Shown here: positions 38,973 through 53,250 of the stretch, in pieces
Layout: every line of letters starts with the position of its first letter
How positions within the stretch are numbered: position 1 is the stretch's first letter
Assembly (NCBI RefSeq): GCF_009834535.1
Contig: NC_045697.1
Location: 82,214,001-82,278,000, forward strand
Direction: 5' to 3'
DNA length: 64,000 nt
Source of the DNA: Camelus ferus
Lineage: Eukaryota
Notes under the pieces: model-generated
The model's database searches: none
What the model was told of the DNA's origin: nothing
What the model saw: only the letters and a program-made list of their open reading frames with translations
Position numbers and translations under genes: made by a program

Positions 38973-40769
38973 CCCATTTGAATTGTAGTTATTGTCAGTT
39001 CTACAGACATAGTACTGAGTACATAGTGAGAATATATTAAATACTCTGTTACATCTCATTGATTGAATGAAAATTTGTTAAATAAAACAACCTTTTTTCA
39101 TCAAAAAATGTTAAAAGTACTCTTATATACATGTTATTCTTTGTCAAATACGGGTTGACAAATTGCTAGAGTATGCATCTTATTACAGAATATTACCATA
39201 ATACCCCATAGATGCCAATATTCGCAGAGATTTGACATTTTCATTTGTCTTACAGGACTGATGAAGTTACCATAAACTCTAAATTTAAAATTCCAATTTT
39301 AGACTACATTTAACATGAAATCTAAATTTAAAAATGAAAAGTTTAGATTAGCATTAGTGGTGCAGGATAAAAAAAAGGAAAAGATGATATGTTAAAGAAG
39401 TTTGTCTTCTTGGAAAAAAAGGGAGTACGTAAAAAGGTTACTTTTGCAAAGTTTGGAGATAATTTTAAACTACTCCTAAACATCTTTCCTTCTTTTATTA
39501 AAAACTAACAAATAAACAAACAAAAATTCTGCACTGTTATGAATGAAGCTTGGTACTCCTCATTTTAATATGTAACTTTCAGAAGAAAAACAGCTATTAT
39601 GTTTGCACAGGTGGTGTTCTAAGTCTTGTCAAAAATAATGCCAAGCACAAATATTAACAAAAGTTCAGAAATCACAGCGGGATTTTTTTTTTAATACTTT
39701 GTGTGATCCAGTGATACTAACCCAGTATTATTCTGCCTATGATGTTACAATGAGTGATGGATTCTCCATTTAGGGTGAACGTGTACTTCCTTGAATAAAC
39801 TCTGGACAGTTCCAGCAGGCACTGCTCCTCTCTAACTGGGGCAACATACTTGGTTTCTCCCCTACACTACACTCAGTATATTTGACTTTTCTCCTAGGTC
39901 TTCCTGCCCTAATTTTGTACCTCTATTTAAAAATTCATTACTGATTTAATTAACCTCAAATACCACTCATAATCCAGCTGTCAGAGCCAAGAACTGAGTA
40001 GCAGCTGGGAATACAAAACAAAGCCGAGCAGACAGTGCAGCAGAGCATTAAAAGGAGTGGAATGACTAACGGGGAATACCTCTAGGAATAGACAATTGCT
40101 GTAATGGTTTGCTGTTTTACTTAATTCACAAGCACATCGCATGATCAAATTCTGCATGTACGTGTCTGGATGCTCTGGGAAATGCAGGCAGCATTGTCTG
40201 GTGTTCATAGCAAGTTGTTCAGTGTCCTAAAGATAATTAGGCAAGGTGGGCTGCATTGTTTTTCAGCACACGTTATGCAGAAACACAATGATATAAGGCA
40301 ATTTTATGTAAGCTCTATCCTTTAAACTATGTACAACTTTCTTTTTCCTGAAAGGAATACCCTGAGCTTCAAACTATGACTCTATAACTAATTATTATGA
40401 GACACAGAAGAATGAAAAAAAAATTACCCCAGGTTCAAAAGAAAAGTGGAAGATAGACATTGAGTTTTAATTAACAAGGCCATTAGCATTTTTTAAAAGC
40501 TCTCTATAATAGTTGGAGTTTATGAAATGATATTTAAAACCATATTAATGAAGCATAAGCATGTGATTCTTATCTGCCAGAATGAAAAAATTCGATTTTG
40601 CACCCCACAGAAAAACTGTTTACCAACCAGTCATGGAAAATAAAAATACTGACCATACAATAGTATTTTAGTGAGGCATTAGTGTTTTAATAGGAGAAAT
40701 TATTTCCTAAAATGCTGTGTTGCTATTCCCATAAAACATATCTAGGACATAATTGGCTTCCCCTAGCAA

Positions 40770-41010
40770 CCATATAGCGCAATAGTTAAGAGCGCCTACT
40801 CTATCCTTTACTAGCTGTGTGACTTTCAGCAAATTACTTACATGTGTGCCTGTTCTGCAAACAACGACAACAACAACAAAACATTATAATTGTATCTAAT
40901 GCATAAGGTTTTCCAGAAAAGTTAAATTATCAATACATGTAAAATGCTTAGGAAAGCACCAGGCAAAGACTAAGTACTACTAAGGATTTCCTATAATTCT
41001 TATTGTTATT
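40770..41010 (+). mobile_element. MIR SINE
   Basis: atagttaagagcg...tttactagctgtgtgactttcagcaaattactta...catgtaaaatgcttaggaaagcaccaggca. Confidence 0.8.
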
Positions 41011-43869
41011 TTTATCACTGCCATTGTTTTGTTACTATTGTTGTCATTCCATTGGAGAATGAACAGATTTTGATTCTGCACATCTTAATTATTAATGGAA
41101 CAGCTTTTATTAATAATTCATCAATTATAAATTATTAATAGAACAAGAATATTTTGGCAGATGTCACTTTATTAATATCTTCCAGATTCCCTCTGAAGTA
41201 GTTATAGAATTGAATACAAATAGAAATGTACTAAGTATTTACCTACTTCACAAAATTTTGCTTACACTAATTCTCCTAATAACCTGTGATGTGTATAATA
41301 TATTTGTTTTTATTATTGAATGAGGATTCTGATCTTAATAAAATTAGTAACCTGATAAGCATACAGGATACTCCAAATCTGACTATGCCTTTACTTAGTA
41401 GACAGTAAATTCCCAGTAATACACAGAAATCCTGGTCTTCAGCAGGTAATGACACTGGGGTGCTCTTTCTTTGCAACAGAAAAAGAGAAAGTACTGAAAA
41501 ACAAAATGGTAGAAGAATGGCAATCTAAAAAATGAAATGTATAATTAAATGTATTTTTCTTAGACTAATTCAGTGATCCTTGTTGAAGTGTCAGATGTAT
41601 TTCAGAAGCTTTTCTTTCAGATTTCAGAAAGGTAAAAGTTTACATTAAAAAAAAATATGTATATATATTCTCAGAAGGGAATAGGAAGAAAAAGACTGTT
41701 CAATAATGATTATACATAGGTTCACTAGAATTCACTTCAGATTTTGTAGCCAAAAGTTTGTCACTTCCAAAAAACCTTTTATTTTCAGATCTTCGTTAGA
41801 TTCCAAAATAATAGACAAGGGATAATTTACTTGATTTCACTCCATTGAGTTGATTTTCTAACTAGGAGTGTTTGTTCTTTGTCTTAATCATTCACTTAAA
41901 AAAAAATTCTTATAGCTGTGTACTTTACCTATGATTTAGAATACATTTCATGGCCTTTATGTATTTAATCTGCTCAAAAATATTTTTAAAATCTATTTTG
42001 GCTTCATTATCCCAAGATCTCACTGACAAACAAGGCCTGGTTAAGATGTTGCAAAATACCATAAAGAACAAAAATGACAGACACGGACACCTGATATCTA
42101 TTAATCATCTGTTATAATCTTCTTATCTACCTATTGTTTTTATTTGAATGATGAAATTCTGTGCAGAAGTTGTAAAACTTAAGTTCCAATCGTTCTCCAT
42201 TTGGATATATGCACTCTGGGGAATTTTCAAATATCCTGAGAAAGCATGACAAACACATGCATTTTTATAAAGGCTTTCTTAGCCCAAATCAGATCCTCAA
42301 AATGACCCACAAACCAAATAATAAATTACAAGTTACAAATTTCAAATTTCACAGAATTAAATTTTCTGATAAGTTAGGATTTTTATCCCAGAAGTACATT
42401 ATTAGTGCTTCTCCCCAGAGTATTTGTAAGATTAAAGTTATGGGCAGTAGGCTATACTGAGTACATCCGCTCCCCAGTCCCTTCTGGTGTCTTGTCCTTG
42501 ATGCTGACACAATCTGTATCAAATATACCTGGCGAGGAACCGGGAACAAAGTGCAAGCTATGTATGCAACACGGACAAGTCCTACCCACTTTACATGAAG
42601 TTGAAGTTGTGTCCAATTGTGGTCATTGTTCATTTGGGAGAAATTATTTGGTCCTACATTTTACAAAAGTCATGCTAAGACTAAAGATGTCTTTTTATGC
42701 CAATTTGCTCTTTTGTTTGCAGTAGGGAAATTAAATGGGATTTCCCATGTTCACATTCTCTGTATGTTCCCCGATGTCATGTATATGGAAATAGAATGGA
42801 AACATTCTTCTTCTGAGGGTTTTATTTTGGCAGCTTCCTTTCAGATATTCTTATTGAATACTTGCCTTTACACAGGGTTTTTATTTAAATGTGATCTAAA
42901 TAAATACTAGTGTTTTAACTTTTGCCACTTTTCAGTGTAGGCATCGTTCCCCTGAGAACAGCCAAATGCAAAGTGAGTTTTGAAGACAGGAGCTTTGGTC
43001 TCTGGTTAATATCATTGAAACTGCAACATAAAATAAAAGTGGGATCCCAAGACTTCATGTAAAGGAGTGATTTTCATTCGCAGGAGAAAATACTGAATTT
43101 TACCCGCATTAAGTAGAACAGAACAATTAAGTAAAAAGCTGGTTAGGATGCATCAAATAAGCACTGGCATATATAATACATTGAAGAGCAGTAATAGAAT
43201 CATTTTCTATCATTCAATGTAAATTTCAGATTCTTCTCATACTCAGATTTCAATGTTCAGGGACCCTTCCCTACTTTATGCTTTCACAGAGAGAAATTCG
43301 TCCCTGGTAACTCAATAAATAACAATGAAAATGGTGTCTGTAGGGAGGATATTCAAACTATTTCTTATTTTTATGCCTATAATTCTTGCTTTAAGCTGTA
43401 ATTTTAAGGCATCAACAGAGTGTTACTGAAAACACTATGATAAGAAGTCCCTTTGAAGATATTTTTTATTTTTTTCCCAAAAACATACTCTAAATTCTTA
43501 AAAAGAATCATGTTGTTCTCTTGTTTCCTTCTTTTCTGTTTATAGTCTAGATGCCCCGTGAAGAGTAAATGTCTGAAAATAAGTAAATTAAAATATTAAA
43601 AAGAGCTATTTATAGCTATTAGAATATTCATGGTCATTAGGTATAGGTGTAAAATATGAGATAATAAAATCTTACTTTAATAAGATTTTACAATTTAAAT
43701 ATAGTTTTAAAAATATCTGAATAACTGACTTCTATTAGGGCATATATAGAAATACTTGCAAGAGCTAAAGAGACAAAATCTAAGTAGTACTATACGGTGC
43801 ACATGAAGCTTCCCAAAGTTTGCCCAAATCTATGGATAAGTGCTTAGAAGCATGAGAAAAGCACAGAAG

Positions 43870-44406
43870 TACATTGTGATTTTCATCATGTGACATCATA
43901 CTATGACTTACTATTGATGTTGATCTTGATCATCTGACTGAAGCAGTGCTTTTCACGTGTCTCCACTATAGAGTTCCTCTTTTTTCCCCTTTCCATACTG
44001 TACTCTTTGCAAGGAAGTCATTCAGCACAGCCCCACAATGTGAGGAGTTACAATCTGGTACCTTGAGTGTGTAATAACTAGTTGTTATTTGGAATTCTTC
44101 TATACGAGATATTTGTATCATTTCTCCTATTTATTTATATATTCAGACATTTATATCAGTATGGACTCATGAATCTTTATTTGATACTTTAGATTATAAT
44201 ACAATACTACGAACTTAATTTTTTTGCTGTAATTGTTCCAGGTTTGACCATTAAGAGCTCTTTCATTTGGTTTCCCTTTGACAGATACTCATCATTGCAG
44301 GGTGGGCTGTTTGTTTATTTGTTTGTTGATTTTCTTTTTGAACACTTCCTTACTTTCTGGTACCACAAGATGCTCTAGTTTAATTTTGTATGTTTCCTGC
44401 CCCAGT
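43870..44406 (-). mobile_element. L1MC/L1MD-type 3' UTR fragment
   Basis: tgatcttgatcatctgactgaag...ccatactgtactctttgcaaggaagtca...tatcagtatggactcatg...cacttccttactttctggtaccacaagatgctc. Confidence 0.85.
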
Positions 44407-45682
44407 AATTGTGTATATATTAATCTCTTCAAAATAGTGTATGCCTTTCCATAAAACTAACCTAAAACTTGTATTGCAATACAAAATCTATATATACAAG
44501 ATGGAGTAATTGCTGTTTGGTTCCTTGTGTCATTTAAAAAACTATATTAAATCAAAGTTTTTTTTTGTAATATCTCACCTGTACTTAACGCAGAGGAATG
44601 TAGTGTTACCAAATCTATAATATCTTTTAAAGAAAAGTCACAAAAATTTATTTATGAAAATGCCAAGAGGCTGAGTTTTAGTGGATAATGTCTACAGTAC
44701 TAGCATCATCTGATATTTGTAACTAATTTTAAGATAATATGCAATTAATTTTATTGACTTTTTTTTACAACAAAGTCAGATGATATAATGAATTTCAAAG
44801 GGATCAAGTGTTCTTTAGATACTCAGTAATCTTTAGATATCACTCTAAAAAAAAGACAAATACTACTCTTCTGTCTAATTATCACTTCTGTGAGCACTTA
44901 ACAAACCTAATGGCATACACTCACATTTTACACGTACATGCAGACATGTGTGTTCTATACATATACATACACGTATATGCCTATATAATAGAATGAATCG
45001 ACAAAATTTACTTAAAACTTTCAAAGGCCACTAACCATGCCCAATGACTGGGGTAAGTTTGATAAATTGTGTGAGTGGGGAAAGAAGGCAAAAGAAAACT
45101 TTGGTGTACTCTGATTCTCTTATGTGACAGGACGCCACATTAACAATCAATGACCATCAGAGGGAACAGTGGCTCCAAGAATAATATCATATCTGTTAGC
45201 TGAACCTGGTCTCACCCATTTACCCTGGTAGAAGACCTAGGACCTGGTGATGATAAAGTCCTGTATGAAGTGAAGGGACTGTTCTACTAAGCTCTTTGGT
45301 CCTAAATGCTTTGACTCTAACATCTCTACAATTCTGGTGGGGAGTTAAACCATTAATGAAATTTCTGCAAAAATTGCATATCCTTAAGGTGATAGGCCTG
45401 AGGAGCACAATAATGGCAATTAATGCACTAAGTTGTATCACATGGAAATCACTTTGAAAAATACGGGAAATGCATAAAATTAACCAAAGTGTAAGTGGAC
45501 TTATGGTTTATTGTACTATCACTTTAAAATAATTGTCAGTATGAAAATATAAGAATGTAGAAATGGAATCACAGATATCCACACACATTTTATATGAAAT
45601 ATCAAGAAAGCTGTCTGAGTTAATCCTGGGTTCTCTTGATGAAAACATCTTTTCATTATATTATTTTATTAACTTGCTGCAG

Positions 45683-45694
45683 GATGATACTTAT
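45683..45694 (+). other. Candidate 12-nt microexon GATGATACTTAT
   Basis: Acceptor ttattttattaacttgctgcag with TGC motifs and ~60-nt AG-free zone; donor gtgagt; host gene not identified. Confidence 0.3.
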
Positions 45695-46899
45695 GTGAGT
45701 AACTAAACATTTCAATGATTCCCTCTTTGGAATTTAATATTATTAATGTCATGTAGTTGATCCCAGTTTTTAGTCCTTAAAGAGAAGAAACTGTCCTGGG
45801 GTCAAGGAAAGGTGTTAAACAGTAATTGGTTTTGGCAGGGAAATCTATATCCATGTGCCATTGCCTTCTCCACTGGGATGCTGCTATCAGGATGACCTCC
45901 AGCTCCTTCAGCAGCATTTCGCATGTGCAGGCACTGCTGGCTGGCAACGTGTGTCTTGTGAAGTTCCCATAGATCGGTTTTGCTTCTGGGGAATTACTAC
46001 TTATTCACATCTGTTTTCAAGGTTGTTACGAAGGAAACTACTTTCTTTTCCCCTGCCTACATGAGGTGCTGTGAAATGTGCCTTCTTTAGCAGATGACAT
46101 TAGTCTTCTTTTTCAGTAATTGACATGAACTTCCTAATAATTTTTTGTTTTTAATTATGCCCCAAAGGGGGATAATTGGCAGAAATTTAAAAATGTTTTA
46201 CATAAAATGGTAACTTCAATATTGACTGAAAACTAACTTAAACTAATTGCTCTAAGTTCAAAGCACTAAAACAGCAGGGAAGGAAACTTGCCTTTTAAGT
46301 TGGCTCCATGTATTTGTGCTTTTAGAAATGATTTTACATTATTGGAATATTTATAAAGGCTGTCTTACAAGAATCACATCAATTTCATAACTAAAAGTTT
46401 TTCTTTTACTAATAATTTAGTTTGTAAACAGGATTTAACCATCTCTGCGTAATTATTAGAAAAGCTTTAAATCACTAAAACTATTAAAATTTCCCCATTT
46501 GCTATTTAATTTCTGGACAGCATTTGCTTAGCCTATAAAAGATTGAAAAATATAAATATAAAATTCAGATGGAATATAAGGCTTTGTTAAGGAATACTCT
46601 ACACTGTAAATATTTATGAGATAAAAGTATCCACAAGTTATTAAAATAATAATTCCTCATTTTCACTGCAACTCTTGATATATCTATGTTTTATCAAATA
46701 AGAGAGATGTAGTGTTATGATTAGAAATTTTCATACTGAGGATATCAGAAAATAGCTGTTAAATTTAAGTGATAATATTATAATGATGACATCTGGACAT
46801 TTCATTCAGCTTAATTCAGTTGCCCTAAATCATTATAATACCACCCATTTCCTTGAATATATCAGAGATGCATGGATATTCAAGCTAGTCTTGATACTG

Positions 46900-47095
46900 A
46901 CTCTTGCCCTCTGCACATGGCTGTCATTAAAATCACCATATTGTTTTAAATTATGTATTTACTTGTCTTTTTCCCTCATTACCTTGTAAACTATTCAAGA
47001 CTACTGGCTATTTGTCTCCAACATTTAGCACAGTACGGAGCACATGAGGGAAATTCAATATGCATTATATAACCAAATGTAAATGAATGTGTTTA
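46900..47095 (+). mobile_element. L2 3' end
   Basis: tatttacttgtctttttccctcatt...tctccaacatttagcacagtac...aaatgtaaatgaatg. Confidence 0.65.
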
Positions 47096-47739
47096 TTCAT
47101 AAAATGCTTACTTGTTTTTCAGATTGAATGCCTGATTCTCATTTATCATGGAAATAACACTATTGACAGCCAAGAAAATGGGCTTAATTGGGGTCTAGAA
47201 AGAAGCATTATAGAACTATTAGTTTGTGCTTCATTGATCTTCTATAAAAATTATTCCCAGTATTACGTATTTGGCAGTAGGTAAACAGCTTACTATTCAT
47301 TATTTTGCATGAGTTTATACTTTGCATGGCCTACATTGACTACTTGAGGGCAGCAACTTAATGCTTCACTACATATCCAACATTTCTATAGTATCTAGTG
47401 CTTTGCCTGATTCAAAATAGGACTTGACTCATATATTCTTTTTAACTACATCTGCTGTAAGAGAGTAATTCACTTCAGCAAACACTGAGTATTGTTGAAT
47501 CTAACACTATGCTCAGCTTTGCATATGAAAGTTAGACAATATCTTCTCTTAGTGTTTTTACTTTGTAGAGGAAGAATAGTTATCAAGGAGTTAAAATTCA
47601 TGGTGATAAGTAATGTGTTTAGAGAAACTAAACCAGGCTTCTTCGGTGTAAATTCTTCAAAGAACTCAAGTCTATGCTATGAACTAAAGAATGATGAGAA
47701 ACTAGATACTTTAAAGAGATACTAGATACTTGATGAGAG

Positions 47740-48500
47740 TTTTCTAGAAAAATAGAGTAGCACATGGAAAACTTTTTTAGCAAAAGAATGACACAGTGAC
47801 ATTCGTATTTAAGAAAATATCATTGGCTGTATTTTGGACATTGGTTTGGTGGGAGTCAAATAAAAGTTGGTCAAATACCAGTCTGTTTCATAGAACTCCA
47901 CAAAAGAGTTACGGTTGTCTGTATTAATGTATTATCACTGAAAATGGAGATAACAGGACAGATGCAGGCACTAGTAAGAACAGTCTTAACAGGACTTGTT
48001 CCTTCTATGTATATAAAGCTAGAGAAAAAGTATATACATATTCATCCTTAGAGATTTCTCACCGCTGTATCTTCAATTACTACCTCTCTATATGGTGATG
48101 ACTCCCCTCCAAAATCTCCATCTGAGAGGCTTCCTTCCCATCTCAAGACTTACATTTACCTGCTGTCACTTACCTGTGTTTTTAAACCTCAAGGGCATCT
48201 CAAATTTAGTTATATTCAAGACTCAATTTATCTTACCTTGACAAACTTCTCCTGAGTTTTCTGTCTCAGAAAATGGCACTGACATCTCCAAAGCTGCTGA
48301 AGCAGAAAGCTGAATGATGATAAATCCTTGGCATACTTTCTCTCGAACTGTACATATGTAGAAGGGCTAAGTCCTGTTAAGACTATTTTGTTCCTAGTGC
48401 CTGAATCTGTCCTCTTCTCTCCCTTCTCAGTGATACTTTAGTACAACCAGAACTCCTTTGTGGAGTTCTATGAAACAGCCAGGTATTTCGTCAACTTTTG
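47740..48500. mobile_element. L2 fragments in opposite orientations
   Basis: tttaagaaaatatcattggctgtattttgga (minus type) then gatgactccc...gggcatctcaaattta...tctcagaaaatggcac (plus type). Confidence 0.6.
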
Positions 48501-49024
48501 TCTCACCCTTACCAAACCAATCTAGGCAGAAATTTTGGAAAGGCAGCAAAACCAACCAGTCCTTGTCAAAGAAGTTTTCTTCCCTGTGTAGCAATAAGAA
48601 GTACCACTTCAAGGTAGAATGGAAAACTTTAAACATAATTTAGGTAATAGGTATCTTTCGCTGACATTTTTAAAAAACTCATGTGCTCTATAAACATCAT
48701 GTGCTCAAAATATCTAAATAAACATTGTGTGGTCAATAGATTTTAGACATAGAGAACACTTCCCCTAGCCTAATACTTTCAAGTAATTTAAGAGAAATTT
48801 AAAAATTAGCATCAACTTCATTGAAGAAGCTGAAGACAATAGAGTACAAGCTTGTATATTGCCTTACAAGCTAATAGTGCTAATTCAATGAGCATCTGTA
48901 ATAGATTGCATTGGATACAGAAATTACCAAATTAAACTGTATTTCTAAGTATATTACAAATATGTATCCATAGTAAAGCAATAATTTTTTAAAAATTTGT
49001 AAAATGTATATTTGTGTTAAATAC

Positions 49025-52000
49025 TTTGTTTATTTAAAATATAATTGATTTATAATATCATGTTAGTTTCAGGTATACAGCAGAGTGATTCAGTAGTTTT
49101 AGGATTATGCGCCACTAAAAGTTATTACAATATGACAGCTATAATTTCCAGTGCTATACAGTATATCCTTGTATTTAATCTATTTTATACACAGTAGTTT
49201 GTATCTTTTTGATGCCATACCCCAATCTTGCCCCTTCCCCTTCTCTCTCCCCACTGGTAACCAATAGTTTGTTTTCTATATCTGCGAGTCTGTTTATGTT
49301 TTGCTATACACATTCATTTGTTTTTTTTTTTAGATTCCATATTTAAGTGATATTATACAGTATTTGTCTTTCTCATTTCACTACACGTGATATTCTCTAA
49401 GTTCCTCTGTGTCACTACAAATGGCAGAAATTGATACTTTTGTATGGCTGAGTAAAATGTGTGTGTGTGTGTGTGTGTGTGTATACAATATTTTCTTAAT
49501 CCATTTGTCTGTTGATGGGCATTGAGGTTGCTTCCATATCTTAGCTTTTGTAAATAGGACTGCTGTGAACATTGGGGTACCTGTATCTTTTTGAATTAGT
49601 GTTTTTGTTTTTTCTGGATATATTCCCAGAAGTGGTATTTGTGATCATATGGTAGTTCTTTTTTAATTTTTTTGAGGAACCTCCATACTGTTTTCCATAG
49701 TGGCTGCACCAATTTATATTCCCACCAACAGTGTACAAGGGATCCCTTTTCACATCCTCATCAACACTTGTAATTTGTAGACTTTTTGTTGATAGCCATT
49801 CTGACAGGTGTGAGATGATAACTCATTGTCGTATTGATTTGCATTTCCCTAATGATTAGGGATGTTGAGCAACATTTTGTGTGCCTGTTAGCCTGAAGAC
49901 CTGTGTGTATTCTTTGGAAATATGTCCATTCAGGTCTTCTGCCCATTTTTTTATTGTGTTGTGGGGTTTTTTAATTAATTTTATGAGCTGTTTGTATATT
50001 TTGGATATTAACCCTTTGTCAGTCACATTGTTTACAAATACTTTCTCCCATTCCCTGAGTTGTCTTTTAGCTTTGTCCATGGTTTCCTTTGCTGTGCAAA
50101 AGCTTTTAAGTTTAATTAGGTTCCTTTTGTTTATTTTTGCTTTTATTTGTTTTGTCTTATGAGAGAGATCCAAAAAATACTGCTATGATTTATGTTAAAG
50201 CATGTTCTACCTATGTTCTCTTCTATGACTTTTATTGTTTCTGGCCTTACATTTGGGTCTAATCCATTTTGCATTTATTTTTGTATATGGTGTGAGGAAA
50301 AATTCTAATCTCATTCTTTTACATATAGCTGTCCAGTTTTCCAAGCATCATTTATTGACAAGACTGACTTTACTCTATGGTATATTTTGTCTCCTTAGTC
50401 ATACATTAATTGACCACAGGTGTGTCAGCTTGTTTCTGGTCTCTCTATTCTGTTCCATTGATATATGTGTCTGTTTTTGTGCCAATACATGCCGTTTTGA
50501 TTACTGTAGGTTCATAGTGTAGTCTGAAATCTGAGAAGGTCGTACCTCCAGCTTTGTTCTTTTTTCTCAAGATTGCTTTGGCAATTCAGGGTCTTTTCTG
50601 GTACCATGTGAATTTTAGTATTATTTGTTCTAGTTCTTTAAAAAATGCCATGGGTATTTTGATAAGAATTGCATTAAATCTGTACATTACTTCCAGTAGT
50701 ATGAGCATTTTAATAATACTGCTTCTTCCAATTCAAGAGCACAGTATACTGTTCCCTTTCTTTGTGTCAACTTCAGTTTCCTTTCATCAGTGTTTTATAA
50801 TTTTCAAAGTATAGGTCTTTTACCTCCTTGGTTAAGTTTATTCCTAGGTATTTTATTTTTTGATGTAATTTTAAATGGAATTTTCTTTTACTTTCTATTG
50901 CTTCATTATTAATATATAGAAAAGCAACAGATTTCTTTGTATTAATCTTATATCCTGCAACTTTACTGAATTCATTTATTACTTCTAAGAATTTTTTGGT
51001 GGAGACTTCAGGGTTTTCTATATAAAATATTATTTAATCTGCAAATAGTGACAGTTTTATTTCTTCCCTTCCAATTTGGATATATTTCTTTTTCATGGAT
51101 GTTTTTACTTATTTTTATTGTCTGATTGTTCTGACTAGCATTCCAATACCACATTAAATAGAGATGGCAAAGTGTGTAATCTTGTCCTGTTCCTGAATTT
51201 AGAGGAAAGGCTTTCAGCTTTTTACCATTAAGTATTATGTTGCCTGTAGGTTTATTGTAAATGGACTTTATTATGTTGAGATACATTCCCTTTATATCCA
51301 CTATGGTGAGAGTTTTTATCATGAATGGATGTTGAATTTTGTCAAATATTTTCTGCATCTATTGAGATGATCATGTGGTTTTAGTTTTTCCTTTTTTTAT
51401 GTGTGTACCACATTAATTTGTGAATATTGAGCCATTGTTGGGTCCCTGGAATAAATCTAACTTGATCATTTTATATATCATTGGATTTGGTTTGCTAATA
51501 TTGTGTTGAGGATTTTTGCATTTATATTCATAAAAGATATTGGCCTGTATTTTGCTTTTTATGTACTGCTTTTATGGTTTTGGTGTCAGGGTAATTGTAG
51601 CCTTGTAGAATGAATTTGGGAATGTTATGTCCTCTTTAATTTTAGGGGGCATATTTTGAGAAGAATAGGTATTAGCTCTTTATATGTTGGTAGGATTCCA
51701 ACATCCCATAGATTCTGGAAAGTTTGGTTTCCATTTTCATTTGTCTATAGCTATGTTCTGATTTCCTCTTTCATTTCATTATTGGCTATTTAGTAACATT
51801 ATTTAGTATCCACATATCTGTTCTTCTCCCATTTTTCTTTCTATAATTGATTTTTAATTTCATACCATTGTGGTCAGGAAGAGTGCTTGATATAATTTCT
51901 ACCGTCTTAAATTTGTTGTGACTTGTTTTGTGGCCTCACATATGACCTACCTTGGATAATGTTCCATGTGCACTTGAAAAGAATGTGTATTCCACTGGTT

Positions 52001-53250
52001 TTGGATGTAATGTCCTATAGGTATCTTTTAAGTCCAACTACCAATTGTGTCTTTTAGGGCCACTGTTTTCTTACTGAATTTTTGCCTGGATGATGTGTCC
52101 ATTGATGTAAGTGGGGTGTTAAAGTTGCCTACTATTATTGTATTATTATCAATTTCTCTCTTTATGTCTGTTAGTATTTGCTTTGTATGTTTAGGTGCTC
52201 CTAACATACTTTATATATTCAGTGCATATATTTGAACAAATTTTATCTCCTCCTCTTGTCATGATCTATTTGTCGTTATAAAATGACCTTAATTTTCTTT
52301 TGTTATAGGCTTTGTTTTAACAGTCTATCTTGTCTAATATGAGAATTGCTACACTTACTTTTTTATTGTTTCAATTTATATGAGATATCTTTTTTCCATT
52401 CCCTCACTTTCAGTCTGTGTTTGTCTTTAGCTCTGAAGTGATTCCCTTGAAGTAGCATATAGAAAGCCTTGCTTTTTAAATTCATTTAGCCAGTGTGTGT
52501 CTTTTGATTGGATCATTTAGTTCATTGGCAGTTAATTATTGATATCTATATACTTATTGCCATTTTATAATGTGTTTTCCAGTTGTTTTTATAGTTTTCC
52601 CTCTGTTCATTCCTTCTCTTTGTTTCTTCCCTTTTGGTTTGATGATTTTTTTTAGTTGTATGCTTGAGTTCCTTTCTTTTTATTTATTTATTTTTTATTT
52701 TTGTATCTATATAGGTTCTTGATTTGTGGTTACCATGGGTTTCATGTATGAGAAGCTCTTTAGCTCTCCTTCAATTCTAAATGATAATCTTGTGGGGTAG
52801 GGTATCCTAGGTTGTAGGTTTTTCTTTTCAGCACTTTGAATATATCACACCACTCTCTGCTGGCCAATAATGCTTCTGCAGACAAATCAGTTCATAGCCT
52901 AATGAGGAGTTCCCTTTTATATAACTCTTTGTTTTTCTCTTGCTACCTTTAGAATTCCCTTTTTATCTTTAACTTTTGCAATTTTACTTATATTTCTCGG
53001 TGTGTTTTGAGGGGTTTATCTTCTTTGGGACTCTGTGATTCCTGTACCTGAATATCTGTTTCCTTTTTCAGGTTCATGAGGTTTTAAGTCATAATTTCCT
53101 CAAATACATTTTTGATCCCTTCTCTCTCTTTTCTCCTTCTGGAATCCCTACAATGTGAATGTTGGTATGCTTAATGTTAGAAGAGATCTCTTAAGCTGTT
53201 TTCATTTTTTAAATTTGCTTTTCTTTTTGTTGTTATAATTGGGTGATTTT
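49025..53250 (-). mobile_element. Long decayed L1 (~4.2 kb): part of ORF1, EN, RT and 3' UTR, with internal deletions
   Basis: RT peptide [13 protein letters not shown]…[21 protein letters not shown] (51008-51358); IKLKSFCTAKET (49856-50173); ORF1-like tcctaggttgtagg...cagcactttgaatata near 52800; many frameshifts. Confidence 0.95.

Noticed and set aside
42209..42910. Overlapping plus-strand ORFs with Cys pairs (CKLC, CGHC)
   Set aside because: No recognisable zinc-finger spacing, non-ATG start for the longest ORF, and no convincing exon boundaries.
47123..47280. Open plus-strand segment between tttttcag and gtaaac
   Set aside because: Weak donor, adjacent to an L2 tail, unrecognisable peptide.
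49381..51358. Reverse-transcriptase-like ORFs as a novel RT system
   Set aside because: Ordinary frameshifted LINE-1 ORF2 remnants.
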